In this document: positions 31,062 through 41,230 of the stretch, piece after piece
How the letters are laid out: each line of letters opens with the position of its first letter
Numbering within the stretch: position 1 is the first letter of the stretch
Virus record (IMG/VR): IMGVR_UViG_3300030616_000506
Span: 80,546 to 144,545 of that record
Reading direction: 5' to 3' (one strand)
Length of the DNA: 64,000 nucleotides
Source: a virus
Translations under genes and position numbers: made by a program
Notes under the pieces: model-generated
Database searches by the model: none
Told to the model about the DNA's origin: nothing
Seen by the model: only the letters and a program-made list of their open reading frames with translations

Positions 31062-31478
31062 CTACTCCTGTTGAGCCTCAAATTCCTCTTCGTGAGCGGC
31101 TTTATAATCGCTCAATAATTTATCGTAATTTTTCAACACAAATTTGCTAGTATTATTATCATATATTATCTCTATATTATCTCCATACTTTGTAGATTTT
31201 GTATACATTCTATAACCTCCACTCTTACTCCATCTATATACTATCGGAACTTCTCCTCCAATTGCTTGTAAATAACCTTCAACTATCTTATCATTATCAT
31301 TAGGTTCTTTAGTCTCTCTCTTATAGTCACTACTCTTTATTTTATCTCCTGCACCAAAATCTCCATGCATCACAGCTTTATGTCTCTTTAATATTTTTTC
31401 ATCATCACTAGTATAATTACATCTATTACACTTGTACTTTCTCTTATATTTCTTAGCATAATCTTTTAGAGATTTCAT
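31062..31478 (-). CDS. C2H2 zinc finger protein
   Basis: YKCNRCNY...LKRHKAVMH. Confidence 0.6.
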   Translation of the reverse strand: MKSLKDYAKKYKRKYKCNRCNYTSDDEKILKRHKAVMHGDFGAGDKIKSSDYKRETKEPNDNDKIVEGYLQAIGGEVPIVYRWSKSGGYRMYTKSTKYGDNIEIIYDNNTSKFVLKNYDKLLSDYKAAHEEEFEAQQE

Positions 31479-31765
31479 ATTCTTCGCTTCCTTCTTCCTC
31501 TAGCCTTTTTTTTACATTTATGTTTTTTCTTTTTTCTTGTTGCAGGTTTCTTATCCTTTTTTGGAGGTATTATTACTCTATTCTCATTCTTTTTTAGAAT
31601 AACTAGATATCCAGCTATTCTATTTCTTAAGGGTTTACTATTTATTTCTGCTATAGAATCTATATATAGTTTATTAAGATTAAAGTCAGTAGTAATTTTA
31701 TCTTTATGTTTCTTATAAATTTTATCAGCTAATGATTTAACGTAATATTGTCTAACCTTTCCCAT
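31475..31765 (-). CDS. rps17e: Ribosomal protein eS17 (S17e) with basic C-terminal extension
   Basis: MGKVRQYYVK...TTDFNLNK...SKPLRNRIAGY is the archaeal S17e signature. Confidence 0.9.
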   Translation of the reverse strand: MGKVRQYYVKSLADKIYKKHKDKITTDFNLNKLYIDSIAEINSKPLRNRIAGYLVILKKNENRVIIPPKKDKKPATRKKKKHKCKKKARGRRKRRI

Positions 31766-32173
31766 GATAAACCTACCGTATTAGATAATACTGGAGCTCC
31801 ACATCTTGGACATGTTGTTATATGATTGTTAGATTCAAATTCATACCAACAATTAGGACATACTAACTTCATATAAGATATGCATCCATATACTCTTTAT
31901 AGCACTTATTACTACAACAGTGATGTATATAGGGATGATTGTAGTCTAAAGATTTATATTCTTCTTCGGATATCATAATTTCTTTACTGCAATTTATGCA
32001 TGTAGTTTTCCTATTTAAAACCTTCCAACAATTTTTACAGGATCTAACATCCCATCCTGTACCATGAGCAGGTGCCCATTCTTCAATACACCATGTAGTA
32101 TCTTTATGTTCACACTTACTTTGTATCTTCTTTAGATTCTCATCATACTCATCTTTTAATTCTTGAGCAGTCT

Positions 32174-32470
32174 TCATAAGGCAATCACCATTAATAAATC
32201 TTTAAGATGTTCTTTATCTCTGATACGATTTATATTAAAGTGTTCTCTTAAATTAAGATAATCTAAATAATCAACTCTCTCACTTGTACCATCTAGAAAT
32301 TTTATCTCTTCTGTTAGAAAATTTGCTATATATTCATGTAAATTACTTTGTACCATTTTAGGATCATATCCCATTTTAGTAACAGTATTAATGGCAGCAA
32401 CAAGTTCATCTACTGTAACTCCACTTGAAGCTGCTATAGTTGACATCTTAACTATTTGTTTTTTATTCAT
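32174..32470 (-). CDS. Hypothetical protein with shared C-terminal tag (LKDLLMVIAL)
   Basis: Start reassigned to MNKKQ at 32470 to remove a 143-bp overlap with RadA; tag motif. Confidence 0.55.
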   Translation of the reverse strand: MNKKQIVKMSTIAASSGVTVDELVAAINTVTKMGYDPKMVQSNLHEYIANFLTEEIKFLDGTSERVDYLDYLNLREHFNINRIRDKEHLKDLLMVIAL

Positions 32471-33509
32471 CACAGAAACCAAAGTCCTTTTTAAGTCTAA
32501 CTGGATATAGCTGATCATCTTGTGGGACATCCGGTCTCCTAAGTAGCTTGATTCTTCTAGTTTCATTTCCCCATCCAGTTTCTGTTTGTAATTTCTTGGG
32601 TGCATCTATAAATTCTAGTGCATACTTTGAATTATAAAGTACAGGATTACCACCATAAGGTTTACCTAGATCTCTACCAAATGGCATAACTGGATTGATA
32701 CTAGCATGATGATTAACAACTACCGCTATATTATATCTAGCCGCTATATCATATAGTTTACCGTATAGTCTCTGCATTAACTCTGCTCTAGAGGGTAAGT
32801 TCTGTGTATTGGATCCTACTGAATCTTTTACTGGTTTAGTGAAAGAATCTATTATTATCATTGAGGTTTCTTCCAACTCCTTCTCCTTAAGTTTAGGAGT
32901 ACAGTTAGTAAACTTTAATGTATATTTACCATTTTTAGATATCTCATCTGTAACTATATATCCAAACAATTGGAACATTTTTTGGTAGGATTTTAATTGA
33001 ATGTCTCCCATTGTATGTATAACTTTATATTTGTCATCTATTGTTTTCTTATCTAATCCCCATCTATCCATAAACTTATACTGAATAGCTCTAACATCAT
33101 ATGTCCTTAATCCTTCTGTCTCTATAAGAATTGTATTGTTTCCTGTTTCAGCTATATTAGCTAAACCTACTTGATGACCAAATAGTGATTTACCGGCAGT
33201 TGGTTCTCCATATATAGAAGTAACTATTCCATAGGGTACTCCTCCTCCAAGTAATTCATCTACCTTATTACATCCAGTTGCTATAAAGTTTAATTTTTTC
33301 TTAACCATTTTATCATACTCCAAATTATTTATTAGATGAATAATATGCTTACAACTCTTTCCTTCCTTACTAAATATATAGGAAGGACAGGTACACCACG
33401 ATCTACAAAGTTCGGAGTCAGCACAGGTTATATATTCCTTACCACTATCTCCTACTATAATAGCTCTGGCTATACCTAGATTATCATATTGTAAGCTCTT
33501 TATTATCAT
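32463..33509 (-). CDS. RadA/RadB-like recombinase ATPase with N-terminal SWIM zinc finger
   Basis: WCTCPS...CKH SWIM; TGCNKVDELLGGG, Walker A GEPTAGKS, Walker B IIIDS, PYGG. Confidence 0.85.
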   Translation of the reverse strand: MIIKSLQYDNLGIARAIIVGDSGKEYITCADSELCRSWCTCPSYIFSKEGKSCKHIIHLINNLEYDKMVKKKLNFIATGCNKVDELLGGGVPYGIVTSIYGEPTAGKSLFGHQVGLANIAETGNNTILIETEGLRTYDVRAIQYKFMDRWGLDKKTIDDKYKVIHTMGDIQLKSYQKMFQLFGYIVTDEISKNGKYTLKFTNCTPKLKEKELEETSMIIIDSFTKPVKDSVGSNTQNLPSRAELMQRLYGKLYDIAARYNIAVVVNHHASINPVMPFGRDLGKPYGGNPVLYNSKYALEFIDAPKKLQTETGWGNETRRIKLLRRPDVPQDDQLYPVRLKKDFGFCDE

Positions 33510-34414
33510 ACTAATTTAAATAGATCCTCTATAAGAGTATCGGGATTAACAGTTAGAGTAACTCCCATAAATCCTGGATGACCATCAACTATAAGATATT
33601 CTAGATGTTTAAGTTTATCTCTCCAATAACAAGCTAAATCTCCTCTAAGAGATCCACTGCCTGTTTTTCTATTAATGGCCATAACTGTTTTACCACTGAG
33701 AGAACCACTCATACTCGATGATACATATCCTGACATTCGATAGTCGCTATCAAAAATAAATACCGCTAGATTATCAAACTCATAACTATCTGACTGTTTA
33801 ATTATATTCTCAAATTCCTTTTTAACATCTATCTTGGATGCTATAGCCTTCATTGAGTTTAATACATTAAAAGGACCTTGTGAATATTTGACTAAATTTA
33901 ATGCATCATTAAATAATCTTTTTCTCAGAAGTGAATTAACGTATGATGATAACAACTTATAAACTGGGTAATATGATATTTTCCAATTACCATACGATTG
34001 ATAGGATGATGTCTTTACCTTTGCTAATAATTGTGGACACTGTTCAAATACTTCAGTTGGTATAAGTTCTGGTTGTCCATCTCCCATTAAACCTATTGCT
34101 AGTTTCCACCACTCTGACTTTGGTATATCATCTTTATATTGTCTCCAAGCTATTAGTGAAGCGGGTACTTCATCTAAAACTGCATTGTATTTTCTATCCT
34201 CTCTATGAGGTGTGTGATGATCTATGACATTTATTCCCTCTTTATTTTGTAGAGGTCTCATGTCAGTCATCCAATCTCCTTCCTTCATTCCACTTGTATC
34301 ACCAAATGGTCCATCCCATATCTCTAATTGAGGGTCTTTTATCTCAGGATTAAAGGATGTGAAATAACCACTTATAATGCCATCTCCATCATGGTGTGAT
34401 CTGATCATTGTCAT
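33506..34414 (-). CDS. DHH/DHHA1 phosphoesterase (RecJ/GAN/Cdc45-like)
   Basis: HHDGDG, TD, IDHH, GSLRG, DGH motifs; replication module context. Confidence 0.8.
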   Translation of the reverse strand: MTMIRSHHDGDGIISGYFTSFNPEIKDPQLEIWDGPFGDTSGMKEGDWMTDMRPLQNKEGINVIDHHTPHREDRKYNAVLDEVPASLIAWRQYKDDIPKSEWWKLAIGLMGDGQPELIPTEVFEQCPQLLAKVKTSSYQSYGNWKISYYPVYKLLSSYVNSLLRKRLFNDALNLVKYSQGPFNVLNSMKAIASKIDVKKEFENIIKQSDSYEFDNLAVFIFDSDYRMSGYVSSSMSGSLSGKTVMAINRKTGSGSLRGDLACYWRDKLKHLEYLIVDGHPGFMGVTLTVNPDTLIEDLFKLV

Positions 34415-34672
34415 CTTTTATCACTCCTATTTAGATGACTTTTTCTTTTTAGTAGTCTTCTTTACTGTAGTTTTCTTTACAGATTTCTTAAACTCTTTGA
34501 GTCTTTTTTCTATAATTTCATTGCATATAGATGATATAGCTTCATAGCAATCATCACAAATTGCTAATACTCTTTCACCTGATTTATATGTATGGGGATC
34601 ATCCCCAGCACTAGCTTCACACATCTTGCAAACGTTAATCTTCTTTCCGAATATTGTCATAATTGTTTCCTC

Positions 34673-35338
34673 CTATAAGATATAAATAAAATCTCCAGTT
34701 ACTTTGATTATTTTTTCTTCAACTAACTTTGGTATTAATTTTTCTACATCGCTAGCTCTTTGATGTGTCACAAAAGATAGATAAGCCAATATATCACTTT
34801 TCTTTATACCATCTTCACCCTGATCTTTTTTAGCTTTAAGAGCATCTATTACATTTTTATCTATAGAAGACTCTTTGCTTGGGGAAGTTGAGGGAGTTTT
34901 ATCTCCCTCATCCTTACCTATATACTTTATGTTCCAATCCCATTTGCCTATTCTATCTATGGTCCAGATAGTTCCAGGAAGATCCTCATTGGATATTTCC
35001 TCTCTCTTCATGGCCATAATCATATTTTTCAGAACAGAACTCTTTCTACCTGAAAAACTATAGACATGAGGAACACCATTTATTAAACATTGAGCTTCAA
35101 ATTTAGCCCAAGGTTCTCTTACATTCCCACTAAAGTCTAATAATGGGTTTCCATTTGCATCTGTTACAGGTGGATTCCAGATACGTCCCAGACAATCCTC
35201 ATCGCCTGGCTCTACTTGGTTGATGCTTGATGTAAAGGTTAATTCTATCTCACCAGTATCTTCCTTATGGAAGAAGTACTGAGAGCCACCTTCCTTTAAG
35301 ATGTCATCAAACATGTCGTTTGTTACGGTTTTTGCCAT
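34673..35338 (-). CDS. Putative single-stranded DNA-binding protein with C-terminal winged helix
   Basis: Beta-rich N-terminal domain, S/P/T linker, C-terminal wHTH-like LVEEKII; adjacent to DHH and RadA genes. Confidence 0.4.
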   Translation of the reverse strand: MAKTVTNDMFDDILKEGGSQYFFHKEDTGEIELTFTSSINQVEPGDEDCLGRIWNPPVTDANGNPLLDFSGNVREPWAKFEAQCLINGVPHVYSFSGRKSSVLKNMIMAMKREEISNEDLPGTIWTIDRIGKWDWNIKYIGKDEGDKTPSTSPSKESSIDKNVIDALKAKKDQGEDGIKKSDILAYLSFVTHQRASDVEKLIPKLVEEKIIKVTGDFIYIL

Positions 35339-35383
35339 ATTTTTCTTTTCTCCTTTTTTTTATATATTTTTTTTTTATTAAAT

Positions 35384-35878
35384 CTATTTTTTCCAATAGT
35401 GTTTATCACACCAGTTCTTACAAGATCTATATAATATAGTATATTTACTTAAAGATGAATTATATATTTTTAATAAATCATCTAAATTAAATTTTACATC
35501 ATAATGTTCTAAAACTATAGATACTATACATATAGATAATAATTCATTTGAATAAGGACCATGAGGTTTAAACCATTTATAAGCATCAATAAGCTTATCT
35601 GATATTATTTCACAGTCTTTTTTATAAATATCACTACAACTGTATCCCATTATATTTAGATTATTTCTAGTTAAAATTTTAATTTTGGTTGATATATATG
35701 AATCACTTTCAGTATATTCTAAATTTAAAGCTACACTTTTTTGTTGATGTAATCTCTTTAAATCTTCTAATCTCTTTCTATATCTATAAATTATTTTATT
35801 TAAATCATCTAATGATAGATCTTCATATACATCCATACTCCAATCAAGTTCTTTAATTTTCTCTTTTCTTTTTACCAT
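35384..35878 (-). CDS. Hypothetical protein, possible TFB-like cyclin-fold C-terminus
   Basis: HGPYSNELLSICIVSIV...LDDLL loosely resembles the TFIIB repeat. Confidence 0.25.
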   Translation of the reverse strand: MVKRKEKIKELDWSMDVYEDLSLDDLNKIIYRYRKRLEDLKRLHQQKSVALNLEYTESDSYISTKIKILTRNNLNIMGYSCSDIYKKDCEIISDKLIDAYKWFKPHGPYSNELLSICIVSIVLEHYDVKFNLDDLLKIYNSSLSKYTILYRSCKNWCDKHYWKK

Positions 35879-36588
35879 GAGTATTGATCATTATAATAAT
35901 CACTTCTGGGAGCTTCACTTCCTCCTCCACTATTTCTATGGATAGAGTAATTATAATCACAATTTATTAAGATGATATTACCACTACTAGGATAAGGTCT
36001 ACAATCTTCACAATAAACTGAATTAACTGAATCATCTAGCTCTTTTTTACACTCTAAACATCTTCTAGCCAATAATCCCAACCTCTGTATATATCTTCTC
36101 TAGTTAATTTATAATCAACAATTTCATCTATAAAGGTGTAATCTATAACACATCCTTCTAGATCCTTAGTTATGTAACCCGTTTCATCTTCATTAAAATC
36201 TATTGTATATTTCCAATTTCCAACTTCATCTGATACTAAACCGGTATTAGCATCAAAGTAATATTTATTTTGACCATAATAAGTAGGAGATGCCCAAGTA
36301 TCAAACACTCTTTTTTCTAATTCATCATTAATCATTTTATACCTTTGTTGTATTTCTTTAAATTCAGTAACTTCATCATCCGTATCAAAATTGTGAGTAG
36401 AATAATAATTATCTAATTGCATTTCATATTTAATAACTAAAAATTGTAATCCAGAAATTGTTATGTCAGCTAAATTTATATCAAAATTAGGTTGTCTTTG
36501 CCAACTTTTTGTTCTTCTAAATGTACTTTCAGCCCATTGTTCTTTACTCATTTTTCTTGCTCCGTATAGTTATTATGTTAGGGAAACA

Positions 36589-36602
36589 TTTATATAGTTT
36601 GT
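36589..36602 (-). promoter_or_regulatory. Archaeal BRE/TATA-type promoter ACAAACTATATAAA
   Basis: Exact 14-mer also at 60403-60416; about 40 nt upstream of the ATG at 36551. Confidence 0.6.
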
Positions 36603-36605
36603 GAT

Positions 36606-36953
36606 TCATAAAATTTCTACCATCGCTTCTTCCTTATCTAACTTTTCTCCATACTCATTAATATATGATCTATTAACTAGAGCATTTTTATTATTGGTTA
36701 TATTATAATATCTATAATGTTTACTAACATATCCTAGTATCCTTATTACTATAGTATCATCATCTTTCCATTTTAATCTTAAAATATCTCCTTTCTTATA
36801 TTTCTTTCTGTAACTCCATCTCTCCTTTAGATAACCTATAGGATGATAGGGAGAATTATAAAAGATATGAGTTACTCCTACTACAGTGATAAGACAAAAA
36901 CCAAATAATATTAGCACATACATTGTAGCATTAAATATATCTATCCAATTCAT
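36606..36953 (-). CDS. Membrane-anchored KOW/SH3-like protein with C-terminal tag (EEAMVEIL)
   Basis: N-terminal TM, YKKGDILR, tag. Confidence 0.6.
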   Translation of the reverse strand: MNWIDIFNATMYVLILFGFCLITVVGVTHIFYNSPYHPIGYLKERWSYRKKYKKGDILRLKWKDDDTIVIRILGYVSKHYRYYNITNNKNALVNRSYINEYGEKLDKEEAMVEIL

Positions 36954-37198
36954 AATAACTCCACCATTATATCATCTTCTGATAATCTAGTTAATGTGTC
37001 ATGTATCCTATCAATATAAGTGATTTCATCATCTTCAACACCACTATCTATATTAATAATACACTTTATACAATCTTCAAAGCAATCATCTTTATAATGT
37101 ACATCTATAATAATTATACCTATAAAACTCTCTCCATTATCTAAAGTTACCTTTACAATATCTCCCTTATTTAAGTCAGTGAATTTTAAAGATGACAT
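36950..37198 (-). CDS. KOW/SH3-like small protein with C-terminal tag (DDIMVELL)
   Basis: LNKGDIVKV start, tag. Confidence 0.65.
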   Translation of the reverse strand: MSSLKFTDLNKGDIVKVTLDNGESFIGIIIIDVHYKDDCFEDCIKCIINIDSGVEDDEITYIDRIHDTLTRLSEDDIMVELL

Positions 37199-37769
37199 CT
37201 CCCTTACCTTCTAAACAATACTTACATTTATCACAAGTTAATTTAGATCCATGACCCTTACTACACATATGACCTGTAGGAGCATCTTTATAGTTAGGTA
37301 TCTTATTACTACCATCATCTATAACATATGCCTTTAATCCATCTTTAGGTACTTCTTTACTATCAGGCCATATCGTCCAATAGAGTATAAGATTATCAGG
37401 TTTATAGCTTAAGTCTAAATCATATATTTGAGTATAGGCTAAGAACTTTATCTCTGGAAATAGATAAGCTATAGTACACCATGTGTTAAAATATTCCTGT
37501 GAATAGAAATCTCCTGATTCATGTATCCTAAAGTAAATAGGTTGCTTTAATGATAACCAACTATATAAATTCCACATAAATTGTTTAAATCTTTTACTTT
37601 CTTTATAATTTTTTTCTCTACTAGGTAGAACATTAGGCCATACTCTCTCAGCTTTTTTAGCATAACAATATTCTTTACATAGATCAGTAGCTCCTGGACA
37701 TGTAGTCTCTGCCGGTAGACTAAATGTGGGTATTTCCATTCTTCTATTACCACTACTTATATATACCAT
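37176..37769 (-). CDS. Gene-product-88-like protein (radical-SAM-related Cys motif)
   Basis: FSLPA..TCPGA...C...CYA, FRIHESGDF, AYT, C-terminal CxxCxxC. Confidence 0.75.
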   Translation of the reverse strand: MVYISSGNRRMEIPTFSLPAETTCPGATDLCKEYCYAKKAERVWPNVLPSREKNYKESKRFKQFMWNLYSWLSLKQPIYFRIHESGDFYSQEYFNTWCTIAYLFPEIKFLAYTQIYDLDLSYKPDNLILYWTIWPDSKEVPKDGLKAYVIDDGSNKIPNYKDAPTGHMCSKGHGSKLTCDKCKYCLEGKGDVIFKIH

Positions 37770-40109
37770 TCTTTTTATTCTCCTGATATTCTAAAATACA
37801 TTCCTTACAAACTTCTGGTAGCTGTTCACATAATCCATAATAAGTTCTATTGTAGAATCTAGGCATTTGTTCACATGGTAATCTATCTTTCCAATCAATC
37901 TCTTTCTTCATATTCTATCCCCATTTAGCCTTATTTATTTGTTGTTTTGTATAATTTCTTTTTTCTTCTTCTATATTATCTTCTGATAGTTGTTCTCCCT
38001 GAATTACAAATATACTATCGTGTATCAAACCTAATTCTTCATTCATATAATCAAGGAGTCTTTCTATTTCCTTTTCATGATAATCATATATTTTATTTGG
38101 TATTATTATTCTAATCTCCATAATCTTCTCCATGTTCTATCACTTCCAAATCTACATCCGTACTTTCTATCTTTTCAAACTTACATCCACAATCTTTACA
38201 TTCCCATACAGATACATCAGTCCAACTCCATTCGTCTCTCTGGATAACTTCAGAGTCATCTATAAGTTCTACATTATCACTATCACATTCAGGACAATAG
38301 TACATTATTATTCCTCTATAATATTGCATTTGCTATAAACATTAGTAAAACAAAGTTCACGATAGTAAGTCCTATTCCCACTCCATCTAAAAATTCTTTA
38401 CTTATCATTTATATCTCCTCAAGCTCTTGCTTGAATATCATTATCAATTTCTCCTAATATTTTAGATACTTCCTCTAATTGTTTCCATTGTTCATCTGTA
38501 AGCATATAACAGGCTCTATCTATATTGTTAGCTCTGAATAATATATGTTGTGTTAAATCTCTTCCTTTCATTTAATATTCTCTCCTTAAATATAACCATA
38601 CACATGATAAGAATATAGCTGCACCTAGAATAGGTATTCCCAACATCAAATATAATGGTATTTCATATTGTTCTTCTATCAAAGTCATACCAGCAAATAA
38701 TAATACTATTAACAATCCAGATAATAATACAGCTTTATCTATTAAGTAACTCATTCTCTCTGTCTCCTTCCATCTCCATAGTTCTTATCTTTATATTCTT
38801 GATATGGAATTATTATAAATAGAAAGGTAAATAGTGTAGGAATCATAGATGATATAATCCCAAAAGCAAGACCTCTATCGCCTGATATTAGATAACCAAT
38901 TACTCCACATAATAACATCCATCCACCTGCTATTAAGAACACCCCTAATAATTCCTTACTTATTTCTGTATTTACTTTGTTCTTCCAATACCATCTTAAA
39001 AATCCTTCTTTCTTTTTCATATCTTATCTCCTATATGTTTTTAAATCTGATACTCTAACATATTCTCTAGCATCATTTGGCATTTCTGCTATATAAAACT
39101 TAGCAAACATTGGAGCAGGTTTACCTACCATCTCTAGAGGAATAAAGTTTTCATCATCTACAAAATCACTTTCTGATATCTCTTTTGCAGTATAAACTTT
39201 GACTCCATGTTCTTTAGCAAGTTGTCTATTTTTCTCTTTATCTCTATCCATTTGCTCCCAATGCTCTTCTAAATTTTTCATATCTGGAGTTTTTTCATTA
39301 ACCACATAATCTTCTTCAATCACTTCTTTTATTGATTCTTTAATTAATTCTTTCATCTCTTTCTTTTTCATTTAATCTACTTCCCATAATGCAATTCCTA
39401 TAACCCAAGCAAATATTCCTTCAAAGAAACATATTAGTAATGTTACTAAAAAGGTTACTATAGATTGCCAGAATCCTATTGGATTTAGCAAGTTCCAGAT
39501 ACCAAATCCTATTAGAAAAGGTGACAAGAAACATCCTATACTTAATAGTTTATTTATCATTCAATCACTCCTTATAGTATACTCTAACTCAAAACTCTTT
39601 ATTATCTTTTTATTCTTCATATATTGTAGCAACTCATAGTAATCATTCATTAGATTCTCTAGCTCACTTGTTCTCCAAGATGCTACAAACTTATCATTTA
39701 CCTTTACATCCAAATATTCTGCCACCTTTATATCTCCTTAAATCTATCTACTTGTTTCATTTCTTTCTTCTTAGATACTTTAATATGATACCACATATAT
39801 TTACATTTCCCACAATATTCCATATCTCTATATTCATAATCTGCACAATCAGATATATAATGAATACAATCACTATATTTACAAGGCGAATTACCTAATG
39901 CTAATGCCATCTTTATATCTCTCCTAATGCTTCTATTACAGCTAGCCATCCAAATACTATCTCTCCTAAACCTGCAAATAATAATATTATTGCTAATAAA
40001 CTATTTACAGAACTATTATAGTCATTAGCTAAAAACCATATTGCTATACTTGCTGTGATAATAAAACATATTATCATCAATGTTAAAAAGATTTTACTCC
40101 TTTCCATCT

Positions 40110-40661
40110 TTATATCTCCTTATACTCTCCATATAAATTCTTTTTACAGTAATTCAATTTAATCTTATTATATTGTTTTAAGACTGATGTAGTGGATACG
40201 GGAGTAAACTCATTGACATCTACTCCTACATTAATGATAGGAATACTGGGATTACTCTTTAATAACTTGAACTTCCACTTCTCATGGATATGTCCACAGA
40301 TTACAAAGTCACAGATAGGTAATATCTCTGGAGGATGATGTTGTACAAATACATCCTTACCTCCAAAGAACATCATGGCTTTATCAATATAAGTTTTAAC
40401 TCCATTATTCATATCGTGATTTCCTCTGATGTGTACGATACTACCATTTAATTTCTGTTCAAATAATCTACCATTATCCTGACCCTTAAAGGCAAAGTCT
40501 CCAACATGATAAACTAAATCATCTTTACTAACAACATTATTCCATCTCTTAATAATCTCTTCATTCATATGATTTACATTCTTGAATGGTCTATTGGTAT
40601 ACTTAATAATATTGTCATGGTCAAAGTGACAATCTGCAGAAAAATATATTTTCATTTTCAA
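40110..40661 (-). CDS. Calcineurin-like metallophosphoesterase
   Basis: ADCHFDH, HVGDF, RGNHD, CGHIH, INVGVD. Confidence 0.9.
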   Translation of the reverse strand: MKMKIYFSADCHFDHDNIIKYTNRPFKNVNHMNEEIIKRWNNVVSKDDLVYHVGDFAFKGQDNGRLFEQKLNGSIVHIRGNHDMNNGVKTYIDKAMMFFGGKDVFVQHHPPEILPICDFVICGHIHEKWKFKLLKSNPSIPIINVGVDVNEFTPVSTTSVLKQYNKIKLNYCKKNLYGEYKEI

Positions 40662-40771
40662 TCACTTCCAAAATTGTTTCATTATACATCTATAATGTCC
40701 AACTGTCATGCCTATGTGATAAGTATCATCACCTAATGATTTACCACATATATCACATTTATCCATTTACA

Positions 40772-41188
40772 TTACTCCCATTTATAAGGTAAGTCATCTG
40801 GAATATCCCAATTATACTTACCATAAAACTCTTTATCCTTTCTTAATAGATTACTCTTATGAGCATCATGGAAATCTTTTCTACCAAGCCAAGGGGGATA
40901 CTTAACTATCGCAGGACATCCTAACAATGTCATGTTGTTTTTATATCCTCTTTTAATCCATTCTTCAACTATTACATTATGATATTCTATCAATGCAGGT
41001 AAATAATCATACCATAGGTATATGGCAGGATGATTACCCCAAGCAACATCTGAAGCATCTTTACCATTCTTAATTTGCATTATCACATTTATTATTTGTC
41101 TTGCTTCTACTCTCTGCTTACCTAATCTTCTATAGTCTAAACATTCAGCTGACTTTTTAAAATCAGCATATGGTAAAAAGGTTTGCAT
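40772..41188 (-). CDS. Pyrimidine-dimer DNA glycosylase/endonuclease V-like protein (MSMEG_6728 type)
   Basis: MQTFLPY...LDYRRLGKQRVEA, WGNHPA..LW, EWIKRGY, PPWLG...HKSNLLRKD. Confidence 0.85.
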   Translation of the reverse strand: MQTFLPYADFKKSAECLDYRRLGKQRVEARQIINVIMQIKNGKDASDVAWGNHPAIYLWYDYLPALIEYHNVIVEEWIKRGYKNNMTLLGCPAIVKYPPWLGRKDFHDAHKSNLLRKDKEFYGKYNWDIPDDLPYKWE

Positions 41189-41230
41189 ATTACATCTCCT
41201 GTACAAATACTATCTCAATAATCTTAGGTA

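Noticed and set aside
32471-32605. Long overlap of ORF 32174..32605 with RadA
   Set aside because: An ATG at 32470 overlapping the RadA end gives a normal coupled arrangement.
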